A stretch of DNA of 64,000 nucleotides from NCBI GenBank assembly GCA_020053105.1, contig JAGVNU010000082.1, forward strand, positions 1,693-65,692, written 5' to 3'. Each line of letters opens with the position of its first letter. The stretch's first letter is position 1. A model generated the notes under the pieces. That model did not search any database, was not told where the DNA came from, and saw nothing but the letters and a program-made list of their open reading frames with translations. Positions 1 through 9,300 of this stretch are shown piece after piece. This stretch comes from Thermodesulfovibrionia bacterium (GTDB taxonomy: Bacteria; Nitrospirota; Thermodesulfovibrionia; UBA6902). The position numbers were made by a program, and so were the translations under genes.

Positions 1-407
1 GCCTTTTATTTATCATTCTGGATGCAGGGAACTTTCATCACCCCAAGGTATGCTTTACTGGGGCGGGGTACAAGATAAGAGAGCTGCCTGATACGGAATT
101 TCATCTCCCCGATCATACTCTAAAAATACATGCTCTCTTTACTGAAAGGGGACGAGACAATAATCTGAGTTTCTACTGGATTGTTATTGATAAAAATGTG
201 GCTCATGAATGGATAGAGCAGAAAGCAAAACAATTATTTTTTTCAATGTTTGGTAAAAAAAGGGTAGGACTTATGGTGCGAGTTGATATCCCTGCTAGAG
301 AAGAACATATTGAAGAGGCTATGATTTTGGCTAATCAATTTGTGTACGATCTAAATCTGTCAATTCAATCAGAGCACAGAGATTATTTGTTTGGAAAAAG
401 CAAATGA
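1..407 (+). CDS. hypothetical protein, 3' portion (5' end outside window)
   Basis: Frame 3 is open from base 3 to the stop at 405-407 (about 135 codons without a stop). The listed 69-aa ORF 198..407 is only its tail. No family recognised. Confidence 0.3.
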   Translation, partial: LLFIILDAGNFHHPKVCFTGAGYKIRELPDTEFHLPDHTLKIHALFTERGRDNNLSFYWIVIDKNVAHEWIEQKAKQLFFSMFGKKRVGLMVRVDIPAREEHIEEAMILANQFVYDLNLSIQSEHRDYLFGKSK

Positions 408-600
408 TTTCCAATAATGTTTTATTTAGGGACTGTCTCACAAACTGTGTAAGCAACTTCAAACACTTCACAAAACCAAAGCACAAAAGGAAAGGAAGAA
501 AATCTCTTTATAACAAAGCTGCCATTATTAAGCGTTAAAGCATATTTGGCTTGCAGCCAATCTTTCCTGTTCAAAAAGACTGAAAGCCATCTTACCCCTC

Positions 601-987
601 TGGCTTCCCGGATATATTCAGAAATACGGCGATCTCGATAAAGAAGTAATAGACTCCCTGCTTACAATATCCCATGATACCATTGACAGGATCCTTAAGC
701 AGGTCAGATCAGAGCACCTGAGCTATCACCTCCTGAGACACTTCACCGAAAAAAAGCAAACGGTCCAGTTTACCAGAAGCAGGGCTTACCACAAAGAAGA
801 TAACTCACATGTAGAACAGAAAAACTGGACTCATGTAAGACAGTGGCTCGGTTATCGCAGATTTGATAATCCCAATGTTGTTCCTTTTCTGAATGACCTT
901 TATAAGAATGAGTGGAGACCATTTCATAACTTCTTCTGCCCTTCGGTGAAGCTTATTTCAAAAAAAGAGTTACCTCAAAGACTATAA
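601..987 (+). mobile_element. degenerate rve-type (IS3/IS481-like) DDE transposase C-terminal remnant
   Basis: Open frame without a Met start: WLPGYIQKYGD...TVQFTRSRAYHKEDNSHVEQKNWTHVRQWLGYRRFDNP. The segment DNSHVEQKNWTHVR matches the integrase-core pattern N..(I/V)E(R)..N.T.R that carries the catalytic E. The upstream D,D residues and the N-terminal HTH are missing. Confidence 0.4.
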
Positions 988-1069
988 AGTTTTATGAAAG
1001 TCCCAAAACACTTTATCAGAGAATCATGGAATCACCATATATAGTAGATACTGTAAAACCTGCCAGATC

Positions 1070-2350
1070 TTAATGCAGGAGATTGTATTGCACGAGGTAC
1101 GCAGCTACCCCGGCAAAATACCCGGCAAAGGCAAGCGGTCCGATACGGCGGGCGTACCAGAAGAACTCGATCTTTTCCAGACCCATTGCAGCCACCCCCG
1201 CAGCCGAACCGATGATCAGGATCGAACCGCCTGTGCCTGCACAGTAGGCCATGAATTCCCAGATAAAGGAGTCCGGAGGGAACTGCGAAAGAGGGTACAT
1301 TCCCATGGAAGCGGCCACCAGGGGAATATTATCCACTATAGCGGAAACAAGGCCGATGATAATGACGATCAGGGTCTGGTTGCCGAGCCTGGCATCGAGC
1401 CACTGGGACAGGGCCGGGAGCATGCCGTTTGCGGATAGTGTGGCCACGGCCAGAAGGATGCCGATGAAGAACACGACTGATGCCATATCGATGCGTTTGA
1501 GTGCTTTGGTCAATCTGAGGTGATCAAAATCCTCTTCCGGCTTGTTGCGATGCAGGAATTCTCCCACCAGCCAAAGTACACCAAGGGACAGCAGTATACC
1601 GAGGTATGGGGGCAGATGAGTTATGGCCTTGAAAACAGGAACGAAGATCAGGCAACCCATGCCCATAAAGAACATCAGGTTCTTTTCGAACTGAGTGGTG
1701 GCAACAGCGTCTTTTTCGGCCTTATCAGGAGGCACGATGTTACCTTTGACCATGAAGGAGGCTATTGCAAGAGGGACCATCGCATTTATCACGGAAGCGA
1801 TCCAGGTAGTCTTCATAATATTGAGTGTTGTGATCTGTCCGCCGATCCAGAGCATGGTGGTGGTCACATCGCCGATGGGTGACCAGGCACCGCCGGCATT
1901 TGCTGCAATTACGATAATACCCGCGAAGAAGAGCCGCTGCTTGTGGTCCTTTAGCAGGCGCTTCATCAGAGCGACCATTACGATGGTGGTGGTCATGTTG
2001 TCGAGAATGGAAGACAGGTAGAAGGAGATGAAGCCTATGATCCAGAGCAGGCTCGACAGCTTTGTGGCTTTAATGCGTGAGGTGATGACTTCGAATCCTC
2101 CGTGGGAGTCGGTCACTTCGACGATGGTCATGGCGCCGATCAGGAAGAACACGATGGCTGCGGTTTCGGCCAGCTTTTCAGTGAGCTGGTGAATGACGGC
2201 TTCTACGCCGAGGGGGCTTGCGAAAGAGTACAGGGTCCACATAACGCCCGCGGCGATCAGTGCCGTGGCAGACTTGTTGATTTTTATGGGATGCTCAAGC
2301 GCGATCAATGCGTAGCAGAGCACAAAGACAACCGCGATCATGGTCATCAC
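1070..2350 (-). CDS. ArsB/NhaD-superfamily ion transporter (NhaD-like Na+/H+ antiporter)
   Basis: 426-aa polytopic membrane protein with 11-12 predicted TM helices, resembling the NhaD/ArsB permease family. Confidence 0.55.
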   Translation of the reverse strand: MMTMIAVVFVLCYALIALEHPIKINKSATALIAAGVMWTLYSFASPLGVEAVIHQLTEKLAETAAIVFFLIGAMTIVEVTDSHGGFEVITSRIKATKLSSLLWIIGFISFYLSSILDNMTTTIVMVALMKRLLKDHKQRLFFAGIIVIAANAGGAWSPIGDVTTTMLWIGGQITTLNIMKTTWIASVINAMVPLAIASFMVKGNIVPPDKAEKDAVATTQFEKNLMFFMGMGCLIFVPVFKAITHLPPYLGILLSLGVLWLVGEFLHRNKPEEDFDHLRLTKALKRIDMASVVFFIGILLAVATLSANGMLPALSQWLDARLGNQTLIVIIIGLVSAIVDNIPLVAASMGMYPLSQFPPDSFIWEFMAYCAGTGGSILIIGSAAGVAAMGLEKIEFFWYARRIGPLAFAGYFAGVAAYLVQYNLLH

Positions 2351-2619
2351 TGGTTAGGTTTCTCCCTCTGATACCGTATTCCTAAGAGATATATCCGCTG
2401 CTTCATCAAGCATAATTCACCTCTGTTTTAATTAGAAAATAATTTAACATATTGTGTAACTTTCCGCTCCTTCCTGACATAAGGGCAGGGAAGTCAGGGG
2501 CTCTTCGGATAAGAAACATCCAGCGAGCAGGTTTGAGATAGAGAAAGAAAAATGGTTGGGAGAAAAAGTATCCAAGACAGGTTTCAAGATCGAGGATAGA
2601 CTTGAACAATATGCGAAGG

Positions 2620-3132
2620 CTATTCCGCCAATACTGATCCCGATATTTCCTGAAACACCTCTATCATCCTCACTACGCCGATGAGTTTCTTCTTGTCCTC
2701 AAGCACAGGCAGGAGTCTAAGATTGTTTTGGACCATCATGTATGCTGCCCTGGTAACGGGATCGTCCGGTTTAAGAAAAACTTTTACCGGGACAATCGCA
2801 TCACCTAAAGGACGGTCTGTGGCATGTTTTGATTCCTTGCTGAAAAGAGAGCTAACGTACGAGGACAATTTGGGATCGTCGGCTGTTGGTCCTTGAGTAC
2901 CCTTTGAAAGCCGGGGTTCAATGACTTTTAAAATGTCTTCAAGCCCGGCAACGCCGAGAAGATTATACTTCTCATCAAAGACAAGGATAGCGATCGGATG
3001 ATGGCATTTTTCACTGTTGAGAACAGATTTATTGAGAATCCCTATGGCCTGTCTGATGGAGAACCAGTATGGGATATGAGGGAATTCAAAGACATCGATC
3101 ATAATATCTTTTACAGCTCTATCTTTAGCCAT
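2620..3132 (-). CDS. CBS-domain protein
   Basis: 170 aa. Motifs VKDIM...AILVFDEKYNLLGVAGLEDIL and GVVRMIEVF are typical of tandem CBS (Bateman) domains. Lies downstream of the HK-RR pair on the same strand. Confidence 0.5.
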   Translation of the reverse strand: MAKDRAVKDIMIDVFEFPHIPYWFSIRQAIGILNKSVLNSEKCHHPIAILVFDEKYNLLGVAGLEDILKVIEPRLSKGTQGPTADDPKLSSYVSSLFSKESKHATDRPLGDAIVPVKVFLKPDDPVTRAAYMMVQNNLRLLPVLEDKKKLIGVVRMIEVFQEISGSVLAE

Positions 3133-3161
3133 AAGGTCTCCTCTGTTATTATTCTGCCGTT

Positions 3162-3624
3162 CTATTCTTCTTTCTTTATTATTCTCTTTGCCGTATCCGT
3201 AACTCCTTCTTCGGCAAACGTAATGGCAGTCATGGCCCTTTCAATCTTTTCGGCAAAGGCCTCCTTGATCTTGGCGACGAGCAGATCTATATCCGCAGGC
3301 TTTCTGAGGAAATCGAAGCCGCCCAGTTTTCTTGCCTCTTCTTCATCCTTGTCCGTTCCGTGCCCGGTAAGAATGATCACCTGTATATGTGCTTTTGACT
3401 TCTTTATCTCCCGGAGAACATCAATGCCGTGCAGTTCCGGCATTTTAAGATCAAAAACTATGACGTCGGGCTCGGCCTTTTTAATGAAAGACAGCGCCTG
3501 TTTTCCGTCATAAACCGTGTCTACGAGCAATTCCCTCATTTTCAGTCTCTGCGCAAGCGTATCAACAAATTTCTACTTCGTCATCAACCAGCAACACCTT
3601 TATGTCTTTCTTTTTACCAAACAT
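3162..3624 (-). CDS. response regulator, receiver domain only, with a +1 frameshift in the 5' region
   Basis: N-terminal exon MFGKKKDIKVLLVDDEVE (3624..3571) is preceded by a good SD (agggggaa). It is followed, after a frame slip at the AAATTT tract (3567-3572), by (F)VDTLAQRLKMRELLVDTVYDGKQAL...DLKMPELHGIDVLREIK...VIILTGHG...LRKP, a CheY-like fold. The listed ORF 3162..3539 is the downstream part. Confidence 0.6.
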
Positions 3625-3680
3625 ATGCTTCCCCCTTTTAAATAGTATTTAAAATTTCACTGAATTTTATCTGCATCATG

Positions 3681-4361
3681 TCATTCATGCACGTCAGCCT
3701 CTGAGGAGATTGAAACCGGCAGCGTGATGGCAATGCCCCCTTCTTCCCGGACAATATTCCCTCTTAAGCGTCCTGCAACATATTCAAGGACCTCATCAGC
3801 GCATATATCTCTTTCTCCTGTATCGGCAACTTCGCCCCACGCAAGTATTTTTATCGTAATTAAACTGTTTGAGTATGAAGTTTTGAAAATTATCCTGCCG
3901 TTTCTCTCAAGCCGGTTCAGGTTTTTATCAATAAAACAGAATACCAGAAATTGCAGTTTTGAAGGATTGGTATGTATAAGAGGGACATTGTCCTGGAAAT
4001 CTTTATCAAAGATGATCCCTTTCTGTTTAGCGATCCGGCCGAGAAGGACCAGAAGCTCCTTGATGCCTTCGTTTACATCAAACGAGGCCAGAGGTCCGTC
4101 CATCCTGTGCCCGAAATTACCGAGCTGTTCACAGAGCCACGATGTATTTGTGATATGGTTCTCGATTGATTGAAAGGCCTTAAGGTTCTCTTTGCCAGCT
4201 CCTTTAAAAGATTTGTTGAAATTCAGTATGTCCTCTATCAGACCTGCCGATTCCTTAATGACCGCGAGATGATTATTCAGCTCATGGCTGAAGGCGGACA
4301 ATATCTTCGCCACAACTTTCAATTGTGCTTCGATCATGATCTGTTCTTTATCAGCTACCAT
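3681..4361 (-). CDS. cytoplasmic histidine kinase-like protein (HisKA + divergent HATPase)
   Basis: 226 aa. H-box LSAFSHELNNHLAVIKE. C-terminal ATPase-like region with weak N/G boxes. No TM or sensor domain. Start overlaps the upstream REC fragment by 11 nt. Confidence 0.5.
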   Translation of the reverse strand: MVADKEQIMIEAQLKVVAKILSAFSHELNNHLAVIKESAGLIEDILNFNKSFKGAGKENLKAFQSIENHITNTSWLCEQLGNFGHRMDGPLASFDVNEGIKELLVLLGRIAKQKGIIFDKDFQDNVPLIHTNPSKLQFLVFCFIDKNLNRLERNGRIIFKTSYSNSLITIKILAWGEVADTGERDICADEVLEYVAGRLRGNIVREEGGIAITLPVSISSEADVHE

Positions 4362-4545
4362 GTTTGTCCATTTGTTTTATAGCGGCTGCTTTTTTCAGCG
4401 CGCTGTCTATTTTCCCGGTCAATTCTTCAATGTCCACCGGTTTCATTACATAATCACATACGTCCTCTTCAGCAATCGCGGGAAGGACCTCGCTTTCGCT
4501 TTCGCCGGTCAGCATTATTACCTGAATTGCGGGATTGAACTGCCG
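4351..4545 (-). pseudogene. C-terminal half of a receiver (REC) domain, truncated at the beta4 strand
   Basis: NPAIQVIMLTGESESEVLPAIAEEDVCDYVMKPVDIEELTGKIDSAL is the beta4-alpha4-beta5-alpha5 part of a CheY-like domain. The N-terminal half with the phospho-acceptor Asp is absent. Sequence 5' of 4536 on this strand is antisense of the opposite-strand gene. Confidence 0.45.
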
Positions 4546-5285
4546 GTAATCATAATAACCGGACACGGTGACGTGCCGATGGCGGTCACAGCGCTTAAGG
4601 AAGGGGCCTATGATTTTCTTGAAAAACCGGTTGACGACAGTGTGCTGCTGGCATCTCTGAAAAGGGCCTCAGAGAAGATGGCCCTTTTGATACAGAACCG
4701 CCGGTTGACACAGATGCTGAATAAAGGGAGGGAAGGTCGCTCTGTCTTTCATAACCTCATCGGATTCAGCGGCTGCATGCAGAATCTTTACAATCTGATC
4801 GAAGTAGTGGCAAAAGAAGAATACCCTGTTCTGATCACCGGGGAAACCGGGACCGGCAAGGAACTTGTTTCGAAGGCAATACATGAATTGTCATCACACG
4901 CATCGGAAAAATTCATACCGATTAATATGAGCGCTATCCCTGAAAACATGCTGGAGGCCGAGCTTTTCGGATATGAAGCCGGGGCCTTCACGGGCGCCGC
5001 GAAACGCAGCATCGGTAAATTTGAATTTGCGGGCAGCGGCACTATTTTCCTGGACGAAATAAGCAGCATGCCGCTGAACCTGCAGGCGAAGCTTCTGCGT
5101 GTCCTTGAGGAGAAAAAGCTGCAGCGCCTCGGAAACAACGAATTCATCCCGGTCAATGCACGGATCATTGTCGCGTCCAACGAGGATTTAAAGAAAGAAC
5201 CAGTCTCGGCATATCCAGAAAATCGCTTTATGAGAAGATGAAGAAGTACGGCATAGTTAAAGGCACCTTTAAGAATCAGGAATGA
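4534..5285 (+). pseudogene. sigma-54-dependent (NtrC-family) activator, degraded: partial REC, truncated AAA+ domain, frame-shifted HTH tail
   Basis: IELPVIIITGHGDVPMAVTALKEGAYDFLEKP is the REC C-terminus. Walker A VLITGETGTGKE and the ESELFGYEAGAFTGA (GAFTGA-like) motif follow. The frame then ends after IIVASNEDLKKE, about 100 aa short. In the +1 frame, LGISRKSLYEKMKKYGIVKGTFKNQE* is a Fis-type HTH tail ending at 5285. Confidence 0.6.
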
Positions 5286-5298
5286 TTTTCATCACGTC
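5209..5298 (+). repeat. direct repeat copy 1 (3' end of sigma-54 activator gene plus 15 nt past the stop)
   Basis: About 78% identical to 6187..6278. Perfectly shared blocks: tgagaagatgaagaagtac and tttaagaatcaggaatgatttt. Confidence 0.7.
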
Positions 5299-5346
5299 TG
5301 TCGTCTCGTCGCGATTGTTAGCTGGATTTGGGCGGACTTTAAAAAA

Positions 5347-5810
5347 CTATCGCCTTCTCCAGCCACTCCACGCAGGAAAGCCGTTGTCATCTCGAAGTTT
5401 CAGTATTTCATCACCTTTCTTAACTTCTGCAGCGACAAGGGCTGGTTTGCTTTCAAAGGTGATTCGTGAACCTTTGACCTCAACTTTGTCTTTCGGCTCG
5501 ATCTTAATGTCCTGGTTTTCAATAAACCATCCCGGCCCCATGTGAACTGATATTGTTTCCTTGTCTGTTTTTACAGTCATGTGAATACCGTAGGACATTC
5601 CCTTTGCCGGTGTTATCTTATCAACACTGACAACTTCGCCACTGATAGTTTCAACGGTGCTCAGGTTATACATTTTCCCATAAGCAGTTCCCATTCCCCA
5701 GCCACCGCTGCCTTTCCACCCCATTCCTTTTTGTGCGAAAGATTCAGCAGCGAAAGGAAGGATGAGAATGGAAATTACCGCTGTCAAAATATTTGCATTT
5801 TTTTTCATTT
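5347..5810 (-). CDS. secreted small protein, Gly/Met/Trp-rich N-terminal region (unknown function)
   Basis: Start at MKKNANILTAVISILILPFAAESFA, a signal peptide with an AXA-like cleavage site, preceded by a strong SD (aaaggagaaca). Mature part GMGWKGSGGWGMGTAYGKMYN...ISVHMGPGWF...LRDDNGFPAW. The listed ORF extends upstream without an RBS. Confidence 0.55.
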
Positions 5811-6131
5811 TGTTCTCCTTTCCGTTTCGGACTTTAGTCCATCGGATTTTAAGCTTGATATAAAGGAATGCTATCACCGATGAGATGATGAGTCAATGGT
5901 TCCCTTGGTTTTTTTATCTGCCAACTGTATATCGTGTATTTCATCCTTATGGCGTTCTTGGCGGAGATGTTTTTTAAGGCGCTCGGCATCAAGAATGACA
6001 AGATTGAAATTCATCATTAAAAATATCGATAAACCAGGAGGATTTTGAAATGGGCATGTTATATTTACCCATATCAGGGGTTGAAATAGCGGCCTGGCAG
6101 TTGGTCCTGCTCGGGAATTGAGGGCGGGTCC

Positions 6132-6263
6132 ATGCTGATCATGTATCTCGAAAAAATAGGCAGGGTCGGGCCTATTGTAAGAGCGCGCATATCAAGGAAG
6201 TCTCTATATGAGAAGATGAAGAAGTACAACATCGTCAAAGACGTATTTAAGAATCAGGAATGA
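6132..6263 (+). pseudogene. orphan Fis-type HTH tail of a second sigma-54 activator (remnant)
   Basis: 43-codon ORF MLIMYLEKIGRVGPIVRARISRKSLYEKMKKYNIVKDVFKNQE*, homologous to the 3' end of the upstream degraded activator. Sequence 5' of it (5890-6130) has only faint frame-broken similarity to an activator C-domain. Confidence 0.4.
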
Positions 6264-6278
6264 TTTTTCATTTTCGTC
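6187..6278 (+). repeat. direct repeat copy 2
   Basis: See copy 1 at 5209..5298. Confidence 0.7.
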
Positions 6279-6321
6279 AAAGGATCAGCGAGTGTATTTT
6301 AAATGTGAAGGAAACAGACTA

Positions 6322-9300
6322 CTACTCAACAGTAATCTGCCCCGGCGAATATGTGCTCTGATCGTTACCCAAAAAAGCGACATCTTCAACAATAACCTTA
6401 CCATCAGAAATAATAAAATCTCCTGTGGGTGAGAGGTTAGAATTAATTGTAAATATACCATTATATCCCGAATCAATATTTACGGAATGGACTAATGCAT
6501 TAATGTCCCAATTGCAATCTTTTGCAGAAGTGCCATTGAAAATAATGGTGTCTCCATTTTGTGGAACAAAATTATTTGACCAGTTAGCCGCAGTTGAAGC
6601 AAGGTTGTCAGCTCCTCCGCCAGTCCATATATGAGTGGAACCATTTGCGCTGTAATTTATAATTCCGTAGACATAATATACACCCGGTGTTACACCGGTT
6701 GTATCCCACATCCAGGTTGCTTCAGTCCCCTCCGGAGCTGCAGAACATGCACCTGTAATTGCAGTCCCATTAAAATCGGCATTGTCAGCGCCGTAGTAGA
6801 ATGATACCGTCGCAATATTATCCGGATCGTTTAATGTGTATCTGATAAGATAAGGATCGCCCGCTGTTACCATATCTCCTGTGCCATTGGGCTCAGTAAC
6901 AGATAATGTGACGGTCGTATAGGAAAACTGATGGTTTGATGTCATTGTACAACCCGATGCATCTGTTACTGCCATCGTCACCGTTACTGTATAGGTTGTC
7001 TCTCCGGACTGCCCTCCTGTCGTAAATACTGCCTGACTGCCACTGCAAATGCTAAACTCCCATCCGGGACTGTCGGAGGTTATATTTGCCGCATTCACTG
7101 ATGAACAGTCTACATCTTCATTCCAGATGATTGTTACACTGCTATTCAGAGCTACAGCCGTTACACCGTCAGCCGGTGCTGTGGCGCTCACTATCGGGCC
7201 AGTCAGGCCCTCATCCACTGTCCCATCACAGTTGTTGTCGAGTCCGTCACAGATTTCCGCTGCTCCCGGATTGATCAGGGGTGCTCCGTCATTGCAGTCT
7301 GAGTTGTCCAACATATAGCCTTCCGGCTGATCGCACTGCTGTAACGTTGCCGCTTCATTTCCGTATGTGTCGTTATCTGAATCTTGATACCATGTAGTAG
7401 CCGGATTTATGTTTACATCTGTATCGTCGCAGTCGGTGTTGTCTGAAACATGACCCGCCGGTTGCAAGCAATCCACAACTGTGTTGTTTGAATCACCATA
7501 GCCATCCCCGTCTAAATCTCTAAAGAAGGTAGTACTGCAAGTCTCGACATAATTAAATTGACCATTCGCCGGCGTTAACGGCGTACCGCATGTCATATCA
7601 TCTCCCGTAACTGCAAGCGACTTTACCCCTTCTGTCCAGCCCGTTGCATCTACATCCAGTGCCCCGGCATGATTGTTACTAGAGATTACAGGAATACAGT
7701 TGCTGGGGTCGATCTCTAGACCATGTGCGCCATCAGTCGGTGTTTCCTTCCACTGGGTCATGTAAATACCATCAATCAAAATGTTGGCCTGTCGAGTCCA
7801 TATGTCGATATGATGAGTGCCCGCCGATAAAGCCCCTGATGAATTTGTCCCTTCAACCGTTGTATTACTCCATTCCCATTGATTTTTAGTATTAAACCAG
7901 TATGTGCCTATACAACTACCATCGACGCCAACAAGCATCGTATCTGCGCCGGCTACGGCATAACCACGAAGCCAAACCGTATAAGTTCCTGCTGGAAAGT
8001 CTACTTCATATTTCGTATATTCACGTCCTGCGATATCAGAGCATGAAGGTAATGATTGAGCGAATATCACATCAACCCAAAAATTTGCATTATAGTTTGT
8101 AGCAGGCCTATTTGTTGGAGTGCATGGCATGGGTGTACATTCAAAAGTTGAAGCATTGGCATACGTGTAAATTCCGTTCTGTCCTGAAGTTGCAATTATA
8201 TGTAATGGTGCGTTATTAACATCACCAAAATAACCATTGCTTTGATAATAATATCCACCTGCTGAATGATATGAGACAATATAGGTTGTACCTGCTGTGA
8301 CTGCGACCGGGCTATCAAAATAAACTGTCTGCCACCCGTATGATGTTTCGTTTATAAAAGTAGCATTTGCTATTAATGTCGAGCCTTGCCAAAGTCTTCC
8401 TTTATGTATGCCGGTATTGCTGCTGTGTTTGTAAAACCTGACTCCAGTCACATGTCCATCAACATCACTTGTCCATTTAACACCGTTCTCGACCGGGTTA
8501 TCCGGGGGATAGGGACTTCCTGAAGGTGTCTGAGTTGTAAAAATATTTTGCCCCAGAGGTGATAACGCCTTTAAATAACCTGCATTCAGGTATCCCCCCT
8601 GGGTTGTTTGCTCAGAAAAGCTGTCTGCCTCATTCTGAGTACCACTAAAGTTCTCAGCATCAAAATACGTGCCATTCTGGTCAACATTGCAGATCCTTTC
8701 GCCTTCTGCTACGGTATAAATCAGAGATGACACATCAACACCGCTCATGGTAACAATTGACGTCAGGTCTATCTGATAACCACCAATTGTCTGCCCTGAT
8801 GTTATTGATATGTTACCTGTAGCAAGACATGGGCAGTCAGGATCAGCCACATCAATTAATCCGTCGCAATCATTGTCCTGGGTATCATCGCACACCTCAT
8901 CAGCAACAGGGCTTATAGTTTCATCGGTATCATCGCAATCGCCATTAGAAAATACATAGCCTGTCGGTTGAGAGCACTGCTGAAAGGTCACCGACGGGTT
9001 CCCAAAGCCATCTGCGTCAGTATCCGCATACCAGGTGCTCGGATTGCTTACTCCCGGGTCTAAGTCATCAATAAAGCTATCGCAGTCATTGTCTATGTTG
9101 TCACAGATTTCATCTGTCCCGGGATTGACCGCGGTTGCAGTGTCATCACAGTCCCCTGATGGCGCAGTTAATTCAGTCATTGCATAGTAATTTACAGGCC
9201 GTTGGCACTGTACATTAAAGTTGCCGCCTGAGTAGAGGTCCCCATCCAAATCCTCGTACCATGTCTGAGTGGGATGCTCCAGCGGATCACCGTCATTACA

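Noticed and set aside
1073-2371. Several 90-120-aa plus-strand ORFs
   Set aside because: They are antisense to the NhaD-like transporter gene, with no supporting features.
2406-2609. 67-aa minus-strand ORF in the NhaD / CBS intergenic region
   Set aside because: No RBS and low-complexity Phe-rich sequence. The region is more plausibly a promoter or leader for the NhaD-like gene.
4336-4533. N-terminal 66 aa of the listed 301-aa ORF 4336..5241 (MICSLSATMFVHLF…)
   Set aside because: This stretch is the antisense of the HK start and REC-fragment region. Activator homology begins only at about 4534, so the upstream part is not coding for this gene.
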